DNA of 32,000 bases from Verrucomicrobia bacterium UBA3869 (GCA_002392285.1 DGGR01000041.1:30001-62000); one strand, 5' to 3'; positions 9,251 to 18,397 are shown, counted from the first letter of the stretch. Numbers and translations are program-made. The notes: generated from the letters alone by a model not told the origin.

Positions 9251-9877
9251 TCAACCCTTCGCTAGCTGCTTAAATACCGCATAATGCCCTTGTTTTCCAG
9301 TTACACGCGCAAAAAACGTATCCACGATATAAGGCTCAACCTCAACAGGCTGCCAATCGGGATGATCCATAACCGTTTGGCAAACCGACTCGAAGTAATC
9401 AACATCGTCGGTTTCAAAATGAATACAGGCATCCGGAGTAACTGTACGCGCCAATTGCGATAAAAACGGTGCCTGCAACAAACGGTGCTTATGGTGGCGC
9501 TTTTTTGGCCAAGGATCCGGATAAAAGATGAGCACCTCGGTCCACAACCATTGCTCCGGCAAACAATCCAGCAATTCTTCCGCACGCGCTTTTAAAAACT
9601 GGCAATTGGCTAATGCTAAACGTTGCGCTTTTCGGTTCGATTTACCCACCCGCTGCGTAATAAGATCAATACCCAAGCAAAACCGTTCCGGATAACGTTG
9701 CGCATATGATACCAAAAAATCTCCATGACCGCTGCCAATTTCTAACGTTTTAAACGCACAATCGGTTCGTAAAACCTCCGCTAGGGTCGCCGACAGTTTT
9801 GCTTTGCGCGCATCAACCGACGCAAGGTACGCTGTATAGCTAGAACTGTAGCTCATGATCGATTTTTCTCTTGACAT
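9251..9877 (-). CDS. trmB: tRNA (guanine-N7)-methyltransferase
   Basis: LEIGSGHGDF (SAM-binding) and FYPDPWPKKRHHKHRL are the TrmB signature. An alternative ATG lies at 9856. The ATG at 9877 abuts the tandem repeat directly. Confidence 0.85.
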   Translation of the reverse strand: MSREKSIMSYSSSYTAYLASVDARKAKLSATLAEVLRTDCAFKTLEIGSGHGDFLVSYAQRYPERFCLGIDLITQRVGKSNRKAQRLALANCQFLKARAEELLDCLPEQWLWTEVLIFYPDPWPKKRHHKHRLLQAPFLSQLARTVTPDACIHFETDDVDYFESVCQTVMDHPDWQPVEVEPYIVDTFFARVTGKQGHYAVFKQLAKG

Positions 9878-9936
9878 TTATCTATGGGAATTTATCTATG
9901 GGAATTTATCTATGGGAATTTATCTATGGGAATTTA
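9877..9936. repeat. tandem direct repeat: 14-bp unit TTTATCTATGGGAA in 4 perfect copies plus a partial TTTA
   Basis: I read this directly: units at 9877-9890, 9891-9904, 9905-9918 and 9919-9932, all identical. A TTGACA hexamer lies immediately 5' at 9871-9876. Confidence 0.95.
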
Positions 9937-9980
9937 CAAAAAATTATTATTCATAAGCGGGCTGTGTCTAGCAAACTTTT

Positions 9981-10175
9981 ATGTTTTTGCCAGATGCGGA
10001 ATATGACGAGTTTTTAGAAACGACTTCTAAAGAAACATTCTCAAACGATGAGGATACGGAATCTACAGGTTGGTTAACGGAAAATCCAACGTATGTTCAA
10101 ACATATGCGAGCAGTAGTTGGAACAATCCACTGATTCATTCGTTCGAATGCGCGATTACGCGGCGGTTTGAATAA
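9981..10175 (+). CDS. hypothetical small acidic protein, 64 aa; possibly the 3' part of a frameshifted secreted-protein gene starting at 9926
   Basis: This is the only plus-strand track ORF in this gap. I recognise no family. A signal-peptide-like mini-ORF lies directly upstream in another frame (9926-10006). The locus ends at a strong hairpin. Confidence 0.3.
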   Translation: MFLPDAEYDEFLETTSKETFSNDEDTESTGWLTENPTYVQTYASSSWNNPLIHSFECAITRRFE

Positions 10176-10205
10176 AAAATCGGTTTAAGCGATAACAGAC
10201 AACCA

Positions 10206-10240
10206 ACGAGCGAAGAAGCAGCTAGCTTTCCTTCGCTCGT
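10206..10240. terminator. candidate bidirectional intrinsic terminator hairpin
   Basis: A perfect 10-bp inverted repeat pairs ACGAGCGAAG (10206-10215) with CTTCGCTCGT (10231-10240). Inner pairing adds AAGC/GCTT. The following sequence is T-rich on both strands. It overlaps the mnmG stop codon and sits between convergent genes. Confidence 0.4.
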
Positions 10241-12075
10241 TTACTTTTGACTGCCACCATTAACACTTGAATGTCGGATGGGTTAACCCCACTGATACGG
10301 GAAGCTTGTCCTAAGGTCAACGGTCGTATTGCCATTAACTTTTGGCGGCTTTCATTTCTTAGGCTCACTAGGGTCGTATAATCAAAATCGGCTGGGATTT
10401 TAATCGCATCCAGCAACTGCGTACGTTCAACCACCTTCTGTTCGCGCTCCAAATACCCTTGATAGCAGACCCGATACAGGACTTCTTCGCGTACAGCATC
10501 TGGTAGGGTCAAAAATGCAGTAGGTAAGTCAACGGTTGGCCTTGATTCCTGATTCTGCGAACGGCGCAACGCGTCACCAAAGGTAATCCCTGGTTCGCAT
10601 GGCGTTTGTTCTAGCGTATGCACCCACTCTTCAACGGTTTGCTTTTTGTTATTAATGGCCTGAATGCGTTCAGGGCTTAAGCAATGGTAACGCGCAGCTT
10701 GATCAATCAAACGCAATTCGGCGCTCGCATGATTCAACAACAAACGATATTCCGCGCGTCCTGTAAACATACGGTATGGCTCTTGGGTACCTTTTGTGGT
10801 CAAATCATCAATGAGAACCCCTATATAACTAGCATCTCGGGATAATATACAGGGTTCTTCGCCTAAAACAGCCGCACTTGCATTGATACCGGCCACAATG
10901 CCTTGACCTGCCGCTTCTTCATAACCCGAAGTTCCATTGATCTGACCTGCCATGAATAACCCACGTACGCGTTTGCTTTCTAGGCTTGCGTTTAAATCCG
11001 TTGGATCCGAAAAAACGTATTCTACCGCATAAGCCGGACGCACCATCACCGCATGCTCTAACCCCGGAATCGTTTGCAACATGGCTTGTTGAACGTCAAA
11101 CGGCAAACTGGTGGAAAGCCCATTGATATACCATTCGTCCGTACTCAATCCTTCCGGCTCTAAAAATAAACGGTGGCGTTCTCGGTCTGCAAACCGAACG
11201 CATTTATCCTCGATGCTGGGGCAATAACGCGGGCCTGTTCCATGAATATTTCCTGAAAATAAGGCAGAACGTTTTAAATTATCCAAAATAATTTTATGCG
11301 TATCCTGATTGGTATAGGTCATCCAACACGAGCAACGGTGACTATCTGGGCTCCATGCCATGGGTATCGGCAACACCTCATGAGCGCTTCGGGTATCATA
11401 AAACGCAAATAAACACGGATGTTCGTCGCTTTTTTGTTCTTCGCAACATGAAAAGTCGATACTGCGGCCTAAAATACGTGCAGGCGTGCCGGTTTTTAAC
11501 AGCCCTACCGGAAAGCCTAATTGCGCTAAATTGTCTGCCAACGCGTAACTGGCTGAATCGCCCATACGCCCTCCCGGGAAATGCGTATGGCCTACGTGCA
11601 AGGTGCCTTTTAAAAAGGTGCCTGTGGTTAAAATGACTGTTTTAGCCTCAATGATACCCGCTAAACGCGTTTGTACTCCGGTTATACGACCCTCCTGAAC
11701 GCATAAACTCAGCACTTCATCTTGTAACAGCCGAATCGTAGGGACTTGCTCCAACCGGCGTTTCATACAGAATTGATAGGCTTTTTTATCACATTGAGCC
11801 CGTGGAGCTTGCACTGCCAGCCCTTTCGAGCGATTCAACACACGAAATTGAATTGCTGTTTCATCAGCATTCACCGCCATTAATCCCCCTAAAGCATCGA
11901 TTTCACGTACCATGTGCCCCTTGGCTAATCCGCCGATAGAAGGATTGCAGCTCATTTGGGCAATGGTATCCAATTGGTGTGTAATCAAGAGCACCGACAT
12001 CCCACGTTTTGCAGCTATCCAAGCTGCTTCGCAACCTGCATGACCGCCGCCACATACAAGCACATCTATACTCAT
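10222..12075 (-). CDS. mnmG: tRNA uridine 5-carboxymethylaminomethyl modification enzyme
   Basis: The FAD-binding N-terminus is [34 protein letters not shown] and [16 protein letters not shown] are also present. The protein is 617 aa. Confidence 0.95.
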   Translation of the reverse strand: MSIDVLVCGGGHAGCEAAWIAAKRGMSVLLITHQLDTIAQMSCNPSIGGLAKGHMVREIDALGGLMAVNADETAIQFRVLNRSKGLAVQAPRAQCDKKAYQFCMKRRLEQVPTIRLLQDEVLSLCVQEGRITGVQTRLAGIIEAKTVILTTGTFLKGTLHVGHTHFPGGRMGDSASYALADNLAQLGFPVGLLKTGTPARILGRSIDFSCCEEQKSDEHPCLFAFYDTRSAHEVLPIPMAWSPDSHRCSCWMTYTNQDTHKIILDNLKRSALFSGNIHGTGPRYCPSIEDKCVRFADRERHRLFLEPEGLSTDEWYINGLSTSLPFDVQQAMLQTIPGLEHAVMVRPAYAVEYVFSDPTDLNASLESKRVRGLFMAGQINGTSGYEEAAGQGIVAGINASAAVLGEEPCILSRDASYIGVLIDDLTTKGTQEPYRMFTGRAEYRLLLNHASAELRLIDQAARYHCLSPERIQAINNKKQTVEEWVHTLEQTPCEPGITFGDALRRSQNQESRPTVDLPTAFLTLPDAVREEVLYRVCYQGYLEREQKVVERTQLLDAIKIPADFDYTTLVSLRNESRQKLMAIRPLTLGQASRISGVNPSDIQVLMVAVKSKRAKES

Positions 12076-12093
12076 AGCTCCCTTATATCCTCT

Positions 12094-13455
12094 TTATTTA
12101 CCGATGCAAAACTTAGAAAAGATAACATCGAGGATTTGCTCATAATCCACACGCCCAACCACCGCTTCCAAAGCGCGCAGTGCTGATTTTAAATCAGCCG
12201 CAAGGCAATCGTCATAAGCATGGGTTTGCAACAACGATTGGGCGTGCATTAACCACCGCTGGGCTTGGCGAAACGCTTCCGCATGGCGTTCGTTAACCAT
12301 AAACGCTACCTGGGTCGGATCCGCATAATGGGTCTGCAAAAAATGACGCAACGCGCTTTGCACCTTAGGCAATTGCTCTGCATCGGTTAAACTCATGGAA
12401 CAAACCGTATATCCATCCAAAAGCGCTTGAATGGCAGGATTAACCCCCAAATCCGCTTTGTTCAACAGGACCAACGTCCGCTCGTGGGGGAATTGCGGCT
12501 GAAGTTCCTTTAAACCATCGACGATCGATTGAGAACCGTCCACTACCCAAATAATCATATCGGCTGTTTGTAGTTGTGTATAGGTCTGTTCAATTCCCAT
12601 GCGCTCCAATACATCCTCTGAAGCCCGTAAACCGGCGGTATCGATCAAGGTCAAAACGTAAGGGTTTAAAGCATAGCGCTCCGTCACATAATCGCGTGTG
12701 GTTCCTGGAATCTCACTGACCAATACTCGTTGGCGCCCCAATAAGCCGTTTAACAGCGTACTTTTGCCTGCATTTGGTTGACCCGCAATCACCACTTGAA
12801 TACCTTTGTGCAACGGAGCATACGCCGCATGCGCTTGGATTAACTGCTGCAGGTCTTGCGCTAATTCCTTTAACTGCGTATCCAATGCCTGGCGGTCTTG
12901 TTCCGGCAAATCCTCTTCAGGAAAATCCAAATACGCTTCCACTTTGGCAATTTGTTCGCTCAATAGGGCAACCAACCGTGTAACCTTTTGGCTGAGCGCG
13001 CCTCCTAACTGTTTTTGAGCTAAATGCAGCGCCTGTAATGATTGTGCATGAATTACCTCTTCCACCGCTTCTGCTTGGCATAAATCCAAAACCCCATTGG
13101 TAAAAGCACGGCGAGTAAATTCCCCTGGCTCCGCTTGCCGACAACCGCGTTGGATACAATCGCGCACAATCTGTTGAATAATGATTGGATTTCCATGGCA
13201 GGAAAGCTCCAACATCGCTTCACCCGTATAGGAGGCATGCTCCACAAAGAGCACAAAAACCACCTCATCTAAGGCGGTGTCCGGATGATTGAGCATATAA
13301 TAATGTCCATAGTAGGCTTGGCGCGGAACCAACGACGTACGTTTAAAGATTGCCTGCGCTAAGCTAAAGCATAAAGGCCCACTAAGCCGAATAACCCCAA
13401 TCCCGGATACCCCCCAGGGAGTTGATAGTGCCACAATGGTATCGTTGGTTTTCAT
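12094..13455 (-). CDS. mnmE: tRNA modification GTPase
   Basis: DTIVALSTP...GVIRLSG at the N-terminus, the G-domain motif GQPNAGKSTLLN with DTAG and NKAD, and the C-terminal CIGK are all present. Confidence 0.95.
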   Translation of the reverse strand: MKTNDTIVALSTPWGVSGIGVIRLSGPLCFSLAQAIFKRTSLVPRQAYYGHYYMLNHPDTALDEVVFVLFVEHASYTGEAMLELSCHGNPIIIQQIVRDCIQRGCRQAEPGEFTRRAFTNGVLDLCQAEAVEEVIHAQSLQALHLAQKQLGGALSQKVTRLVALLSEQIAKVEAYLDFPEEDLPEQDRQALDTQLKELAQDLQQLIQAHAAYAPLHKGIQVVIAGQPNAGKSTLLNGLLGRQRVLVSEIPGTTRDYVTERYALNPYVLTLIDTAGLRASEDVLERMGIEQTYTQLQTADMIIWVVDGSQSIVDGLKELQPQFPHERTLVLLNKADLGVNPAIQALLDGYTVCSMSLTDAEQLPKVQSALRHFLQTHYADPTQVAFMVNERHAEAFRQAQRWLMHAQSLLQTHAYDDCLAADLKSALRALEAVVGRVDYEQILDVIFSKFCIGK

Positions 13456-13505
13456 AACCGCTTAAGTCTTTTCCAGAGCGAATTTCCTTGTTTTGTTAAT
13501 AACCC

Positions 13506-13649
13506 AGTGAATAAATAAGGATAAAAGGGTCAACAAAGGTACATTGCTTATTTTTTGTTCACTAAAAACCCTTTTCATTCTCAACTTATTCACACGGTAC
13601 TATTCAAGTCTACAAGCGGTTTTATGTCAATTTTTAGCACTTGTTCACC
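13506..13649. promoter_or_regulatory. cluster of four TTRTTCAC motifs (DnaA-box-like)
   Basis: TTATTCACA at 13586-13594 matches TTATNCACA 9/9. AGTGAATAA at 13506-13514 is the reverse complement of TTATTCACT (8/9). TTGTTCACT at 13555-13563 and TTGTTCACC at 13641-13649 each match 7/9. Confidence 0.35.
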
Positions 13650-13651
13650 CG

Positions 13652-13657
13652 TATAAT
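13652..13657 (+). promoter_or_regulatory. candidate -10 hexamer TATAAT for the folE-folB/rodA transcription unit
   Basis: A perfect TATAAT lies about 80 nt upstream of the ATG at 13737, but no good -35 sits at 17 +/- 1 bp. An alternative is TTGCAA (13700-13705)-N18-TAGATT (13724-13729), which would give a near-leaderless mRNA. Confidence 0.3.
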
Positions 13658-13736
13658 AGGAATAATAAATAAAACAATTTATTTTCATATAATAAAGCTT
13701 TGCAATATCATTCCCAAAATCATTAGATTATACCCC

Positions 13737-14648
13737 ATGAAGGATGCGTTAACGAAAGCTACAGAAAACTATTGGCATGCGTTGTTGCAAACCTGTGGAG
13801 AAGATAGTAGCCGCGAGGGATTGGTAAAAACCCCGCAACGTTTTTTAAAGGCCTTTGAGGAATTAACCTCGGGGTATCATCATACCCTGGAAGAAGTGGT
13901 TAACGACGCTCTATTTCCCTGTACCAACACTCATCCTATCTATATACAGGATATTCCATTTTTTTCGCTTTGTGAGCATCACGTATTGCCCTTTTATGGT
14001 ACCTGCACCGTTGCTTACATTCCTAATGGTACCGTTTTAGGGTTATCTAAGGTTTACCGCATTATTGCCTTATATGCTCAACGGTTACAACTGCAGGAAC
14101 AGTTGACGCAGCAGATTGGCGAGGCCATTCAATCCGTCACCCATGCTAAGGGGGTGCAGGTGGATATGCGTGGAACCCATTTGTGTGTAGCTATGCGGGG
14201 GGTGAAGCAATCGCAATCGTTCATGCATACCCATTATCAGAACGGAGAAGCCATTCCGCCTTCCACCCAACAGGCTGCATCCGAACCTACCTGTTTCCTT
14301 CATTGCACCTCTCAATGGATTCCGTTGTTTATTGGGTGTACCGAAGGAGAACAAAAGCAACCGACGCCCATTCAGCTAAGCCTATCATTACATATGCCGG
14401 TGGATTATGGTACTCGCAAAGACGATTTAAGCACCACGGTGGATTATGATGCTTTGATGATGGGTCTTAAGCATGCGTGTTTGAATCAACGTTTTCAGTT
14501 GATTGAATTTGCGGGTCAAACTATCTATCAATGGATCCATCAGTATTTAGCCCACCATTATCAGGATATGCCGATAAAAATTACCTTGCAGAAGCGTTTA
14601 TCGCACGAATGGTTGCAGGATAGTCAATTTGTCATAGGAGATTTTTAA
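13737..14648 (+). CDS. bifunctional GTP cyclohydrolase I / dihydroneopterin aldolase fusion protein
   Basis: The N-terminal part has FolE motifs: [24 protein letters not shown] and HLCVAMRGV. After the linker [13 protein letters not shown], the C-terminal part is FolB-like: IGCTEGEQ...[12 protein letters not shown]...RFQLIEFAG...IKITLQK. The ATG at 13737 (MKDALTK) is preferred over the TTG at 13641. Confidence 0.8.
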   Translation: MKDALTKATENYWHALLQTCGEDSSREGLVKTPQRFLKAFEELTSGYHHTLEEVVNDALFPCTNTHPIYIQDIPFFSLCEHHVLPFYGTCTVAYIPNGTVLGLSKVYRIIALYAQRLQLQEQLTQQIGEAIQSVTHAKGVQVDMRGTHLCVAMRGVKQSQSFMHTHYQNGEAIPPSTQQAASEPTCFLHCTSQWIPLFIGCTEGEQKQPTPIQLSLSLHMPVDYGTRKDDLSTTVDYDALMMGLKHACLNQRFQLIEFAGQTIYQWIHQYLAHHYQDMPIKITLQKRLSHEWLQDSQFVIGDF

Positions 14649-14652
14649 CCCT

Positions 14653-15864
14653 GTGATGAATCGGTGGGTACAGTGGGTTTATTATCGCTTGCAATCGCTG
14701 CAACAAGACCGTTTGGCTTACGATTGGGTCAATCCCATTATTATGCTGATTTTAAGTGCCCTTGGGCTTGCCTTAATTTATTCTGTGCAATTAGATGTCG
14801 GTGCTTATGCTAAGTGGCACCAACAGCTTGTGTGGATCTTGGTTGGTCTATGCGTCTATGGGATAACTGCACGTATTCATTATAAATTCTTTTTTCAAAA
14901 CGCTCATTGGTTGTACCTGTTGTCCATTATTGCTTTGTGTGTTTTGTGGACCCCCCTGGGAACAAGTTTTGGGGGTAGCCGCCGTTGGATTTATTGCGGG
15001 GCATTTGCTGTACAACCTTCCACATTGGGTACCCTAGCGGTCTTGTTAATGTGCGTTAATCATTTAGCCCGTATGCATGCTACCTCCTTAAAAGAGCATA
15101 GGGAAGGCATCCTTTATACTGCTGTTATTGGCTGCATTCCTTGCTTGTTAATCTTTATTCAACCCGACTTGGGTGCAGCCATTCTCATTCCAGCAGTAAT
15201 CATGGGTTTATGGTTTGTTGCGAATATCAAATTGCGGTTCTTTGTGGGGTTGATGGTGGTAGGCGTGTTGGGATTAGGAATAATAGCTTTGGATAGCTAT
15301 GCCTACAGCGCACAATTGCAGCAAAAAACGTTAACCATTAAGCCCTTTTTGCCTTTAAAGGATTATCAGCGGAACCGCATTTTATCGTTTGCAGCGCCCA
15401 GCGTGGTGGATCCGCAAGGAGTTACGGTTGGTTGGCAGCTAAAACAATCATTGATTGCCATTAGTTCTGGGGGTACCTCAGGAAAGGGTTGGCTGAACAA
15501 TATGCAATCGCAGCTGGGATTTTTACCCAAAGCTACTTCGTTGGATGACTTTATTTTTGCAGTGCTCGCAGAAGAAACTGGTTTATGGGGCACGTATTTT
15601 GTATTTGCACTTTATGGAATTTTAATTTTGAATACTTTACGTATTGCATTAATAGCACGGGATCTCTTTGGATACTATTTGTGTGTGGGAATCGCCCTAT
15701 TGATGGCAATGCATGTTTGGATTAACGTTGGGATGACGCTAGGGATTATGCCTATTACTGGAATATCCATCCCCTTTTTGAGTTATGGTGGATCCTTTAT
15801 GCTTATGTGCTTTTTTAGTCAAGGCTTAGTACAGAGTGTGTATCGCTTCCGTTTATCTGAATAG
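14653..15864 (+). CDS. rodA: SEDS-family peptidoglycan glycosyltransferase, RodA type
   Basis: DYQRNRILSF...SGGTSGKGWLNNMQSQLGFLPKATSLDDFIFAVLAEETG closely parallels the RodA signature GKGW..G.QSQL.FLPE..TDFIFAV.AEE.G. It has about 10 TMs. The start is GTG at 14653 or ATG at 14656. Confidence 0.85.
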   Translation: MMNRWVQWVYYRLQSLQQDRLAYDWVNPIIMLILSALGLALIYSVQLDVGAYAKWHQQLVWILVGLCVYGITARIHYKFFFQNAHWLYLLSIIALCVLWTPLGTSFGGSRRWIYCGAFAVQPSTLGTLAVLLMCVNHLARMHATSLKEHREGILYTAVIGCIPCLLIFIQPDLGAAILIPAVIMGLWFVANIKLRFFVGLMVVGVLGLGIIALDSYAYSAQLQQKTLTIKPFLPLKDYQRNRILSFAAPSVVDPQGVTVGWQLKQSLIAISSGGTSGKGWLNNMQSQLGFLPKATSLDDFIFAVLAEETGLWGTYFVFALYGILILNTLRIALIARDLFGYYLCVGIALLMAMHVWINVGMTLGIMPITGISIPFLSYGGSFMLMCFFSQGLVQSVYRFRLSE

Positions 15865-15891
15865 AAACCATTAGTCTTATATGAGCCTACC

Positions 15892-17586
15892 ATGTCTGAA
15901 AGTCATCAAAAACCGCTGGCAGATACTATTTGTTATCAAGCAAAACCAAAAGAAACTCCTGTAACTGTTAATAAGAAAGCGATTCAAACAGCCGCAGAAC
16001 AACGTTCGAAAGAGCAAACCCTTTTTAAGCGTATCCTTGATTTATTCAAAAGGGATAAACGGTTTACGGAAGTTTTTATCAATGGCGTATTAAGCCACAA
16101 GCGCGTTGCAGTTTCGGTTAACGGCATCTTAGAGTCGTTTGAAACCGAAACGGATCGCCAACAGCTGTTTGGAGCGATTTTTAAGGGAAAAATTCAAAAT
16201 CTGGAGTCGGGATTAAAGGCGGCTTTTGTGGATATTGGGCAAGAAAAGAATGCTTTTTTGCATTATTGGGATATCCTGCCTTGTCTCAATGGTGAAGGGT
16301 ACAACGAGCATAATCACGATGATGAGATTGAAATTATCAATCGAGAGGAGCGTAAGTCTGCCGCATCAGCAGCCACCATTGATATGGTACCAGAGCGCTT
16401 CCCGATTGGTTCCGACATTATTGTGCAGGCCATCAAAAGTTGTATTGGCACCAAGGGCCCTCGGGTAACCACCCATATTACCTTGCCAGGACGTTATTTA
16501 ATCCTTACGCCTTGTTCGGTTCAATGCGGTATTTCTAAAAAGATTGAGAACAAGCACGAACGCGAGCGTCTCAAGGGTATTCTAAAAAAATTAATGCTCC
16601 CCAATGAAATGGGGGTGATTTTCCGTACCGCGAGCAATGGGTGTCCAATGCGTCATTTAGTGAGGGATTTGCAGGTGTTATTGAACACATGGCGTCGCAT
16701 CAAAGCTAGGTTGTCTGAAGCCAAGGGACCCTGTTTATTATACACCGAACCGACGTTGTTGGAACGGATTGTGCGTGATGTATTAACGGATGATGTGGAT
16801 CGCGTCTTGGTTGATAACGAGGCGGATTTTGCGTTTATTACCGAGCGCGTAAAGGAGATTGCTCCGCACATGCTTAAGAAAATTAAATTGTATCGGGATT
16901 CGATTCCGATTTTTGAGCGTTTCAACGTTGAATGTCAAATTGATCAAACCCTAGCAACCCGCATTCCGTTGCCATCAGGCGGTGAAATTGTCATCCAAGA
17001 AACCGAAGCATTAACGGCGGTGGATGTAAATACGTCGTCGCACAAAGGCGGGGAGAATAAAACCTTTATTTTCCAGGTTAATTTGGAAGCAGCTCGCGAG
17101 ATTATCCGTCAAATTCGTTTGCGCAACATTGGAGGGGTAACCATTGTTGACTTTGTGGATATGAAGCAGGCAAAGAGCCGTCGCTTGTTGTTTGAATTTG
17201 TTCAAAAGGAACTGGAAACCGATAAGGTACATACGCAGGTATTCCCCTTAACCCAGTTGGGTTTGATGCAAATTTCGCGCCAACGGCATACCGAAAGCTT
17301 GCATAGCCAATTATATGCACCGTGTTGTTACTGCAATGGGGAAGGGAAACTGCAATCGTTTTGGTTTTTGTGGATGAAGGTACAGACGGCGTTATGGGAA
17401 CAACGGCAGAGCATACCGGAAGCCCCGTTAAGCTTTAAGGTTGTGGTGAATCCGTTAGTGAAAACCTACTGGTTAGGGCACTATCAGGATTCGATTCAAG
17501 CCATAGAACACAAATGGTCGTTGCATTTGAATTTTAGCGAAGATGTGCAGCTACATGTTGAACATTTTCGTTTAATCCGCCAATGA
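15892..17586 (+). CDS. rng: ribonuclease E/G family endoribonuclease
   Basis: An S1-domain region (GAIFKGKIQNLESGLKAAFVDIGQEKNAFLH) is followed by the catalytic core (AVDVNTSS, RLRNIGGVTIVDFVDM). A Cys-pair Zn-link-like motif (CCYCNGEG) is present. At 564 aa it lacks a long RNase E scaffold tail. Confidence 0.8.
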   Translation: MSESHQKPLADTICYQAKPKETPVTVNKKAIQTAAEQRSKEQTLFKRILDLFKRDKRFTEVFINGVLSHKRVAVSVNGILESFETETDRQQLFGAIFKGKIQNLESGLKAAFVDIGQEKNAFLHYWDILPCLNGEGYNEHNHDDEIEIINREERKSAASAATIDMVPERFPIGSDIIVQAIKSCIGTKGPRVTTHITLPGRYLILTPCSVQCGISKKIENKHERERLKGILKKLMLPNEMGVIFRTASNGCPMRHLVRDLQVLLNTWRRIKARLSEAKGPCLLYTEPTLLERIVRDVLTDDVDRVLVDNEADFAFITERVKEIAPHMLKKIKLYRDSIPIFERFNVECQIDQTLATRIPLPSGGEIVIQETEALTAVDVNTSSHKGGENKTFIFQVNLEAAREIIRQIRLRNIGGVTIVDFVDMKQAKSRRLLFEFVQKELETDKVHTQVFPLTQLGLMQISRQRHTESLHSQLYAPCCYCNGEGKLQSFWFLWMKVQTALWEQRQSIPEAPLSFKVVVNPLVKTYWLGHYQDSIQAIEHKWSLHLNFSEDVQLHVEHFRLIRQ

Positions 17587-17611
17587 GCTGATAAGCGTTA
17601 AAAAGAAGCGT

Positions 17612-18397
17612 ATGATTCATCCAACAGCACAAGTTGATCCGTCGGTTACGGTATCCGAATCGACCATGATTGGTCCCTTTTGTGTTGTTGAGCGAGACGT
17701 TCAACTAGGGCAACAGGTTCGGTTGGATTCACATGTGATTTTAAAACGCGGCGTGATTTTAGAAGATCAGGTGGAGGTACATTCAGGAGCAATTGTGGGA
17801 GACGACCCGCAAATCATTCCTGCAGCCTTTGATTTCGATAGTGGCGTATCGGTTGGCGCACGTACGGTAATCCGCGAAGGAGTTACGATTCATCGCTCAT
17901 CAATGCCGAATCAAAATACAACCATCGGTCATGATTGCCTCTTGATGGCTTTTTCGCACGTTGGTCATGATTGTGTAGTCGGAAATAACTGCATTCTGGT
18001 CAATCAGGTATTGTTGGCCGGCCATGTTGTTGTTCATGATTATGCGTGTTTAAGCGGCCATGTTGTTATTCATCAGTGGGTGCATATTGGCGAAAGTGCA
18101 TTTGTTTCAGGGCAAGCTGCTATTACCCAAAATATTCCGCCGTTCGTCATTGCCTGGAGCCGTGACGATCTATCGGGGTTAAATTTGGTAGGACTCCAGA
18201 GGAGAGGTTTTACGCCTGAAGCGATTGCGGATATTAAACAGATGTATCGATGGACTTATCAATCGTTATCGGTTAAACGCAACGCCCAACAAGCGTTAGA
18301 TGAGCACAAGCACACAACGGACTTTGGACGTCAATTTTTGGAGTTTTTTATCAACACGCCAGGAGACCGCGGCTTTTTACATCCCCATAAGGCTTAA
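17612..18397 (+). CDS. lpxA: acyl-ACP--UDP-N-acetylglucosamine O-acyltransferase
   Basis: MIHPTAQVDP is followed by hexapeptide-repeat left-handed beta-helix sequence and the LpxA C-terminal helical region (GLNLVGLQRRGF). Confidence 0.9.
   Translation: MIHPTAQVDPSVTVSESTMIGPFCVVERDVQLGQQVRLDSHVILKRGVILEDQVEVHSGAIVGDDPQIIPAAFDFDSGVSVGARTVIREGVTIHRSSMPNQNTTIGHDCLLMAFSHVGHDCVVGNNCILVNQVLLAGHVVVHDYACLSGHVVIHQWVHIGESAFVSGQAAITQNIPPFVIAWSRDDLSGLNLVGLQRRGFTPEAIADIKQMYRWTYQSLSVKRNAQQALDEHKHTTDFGRQFLEFFINTPGDRGFLHPHKA

Noticed and set aside
9877-9936. The tandem repeat considered as a CRISPR array
   Set aside because: The units are 14 bp and directly abutting with no spacers, there are only four copies, and no cas genes are present.
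9947-9955. TTATTCATA (8/9 to a DnaA box), together with the TTATCTATG in each 14-bp unit, as evidence for an origin downstream of mnmG
   Set aside because: There is only a single near-match here, and the repeat-unit matches are weak (6/9). The region is better explained by the small-ORF and promoter interpretation. The motif cluster at 13506-13649 is the stronger candidate.
13658-13736. A riboswitch, for example THF type, in the folE leader
   Set aside because: The tract is almost pure A/T, with no GC-rich paired elements or conserved riboswitch core that I can recognise.
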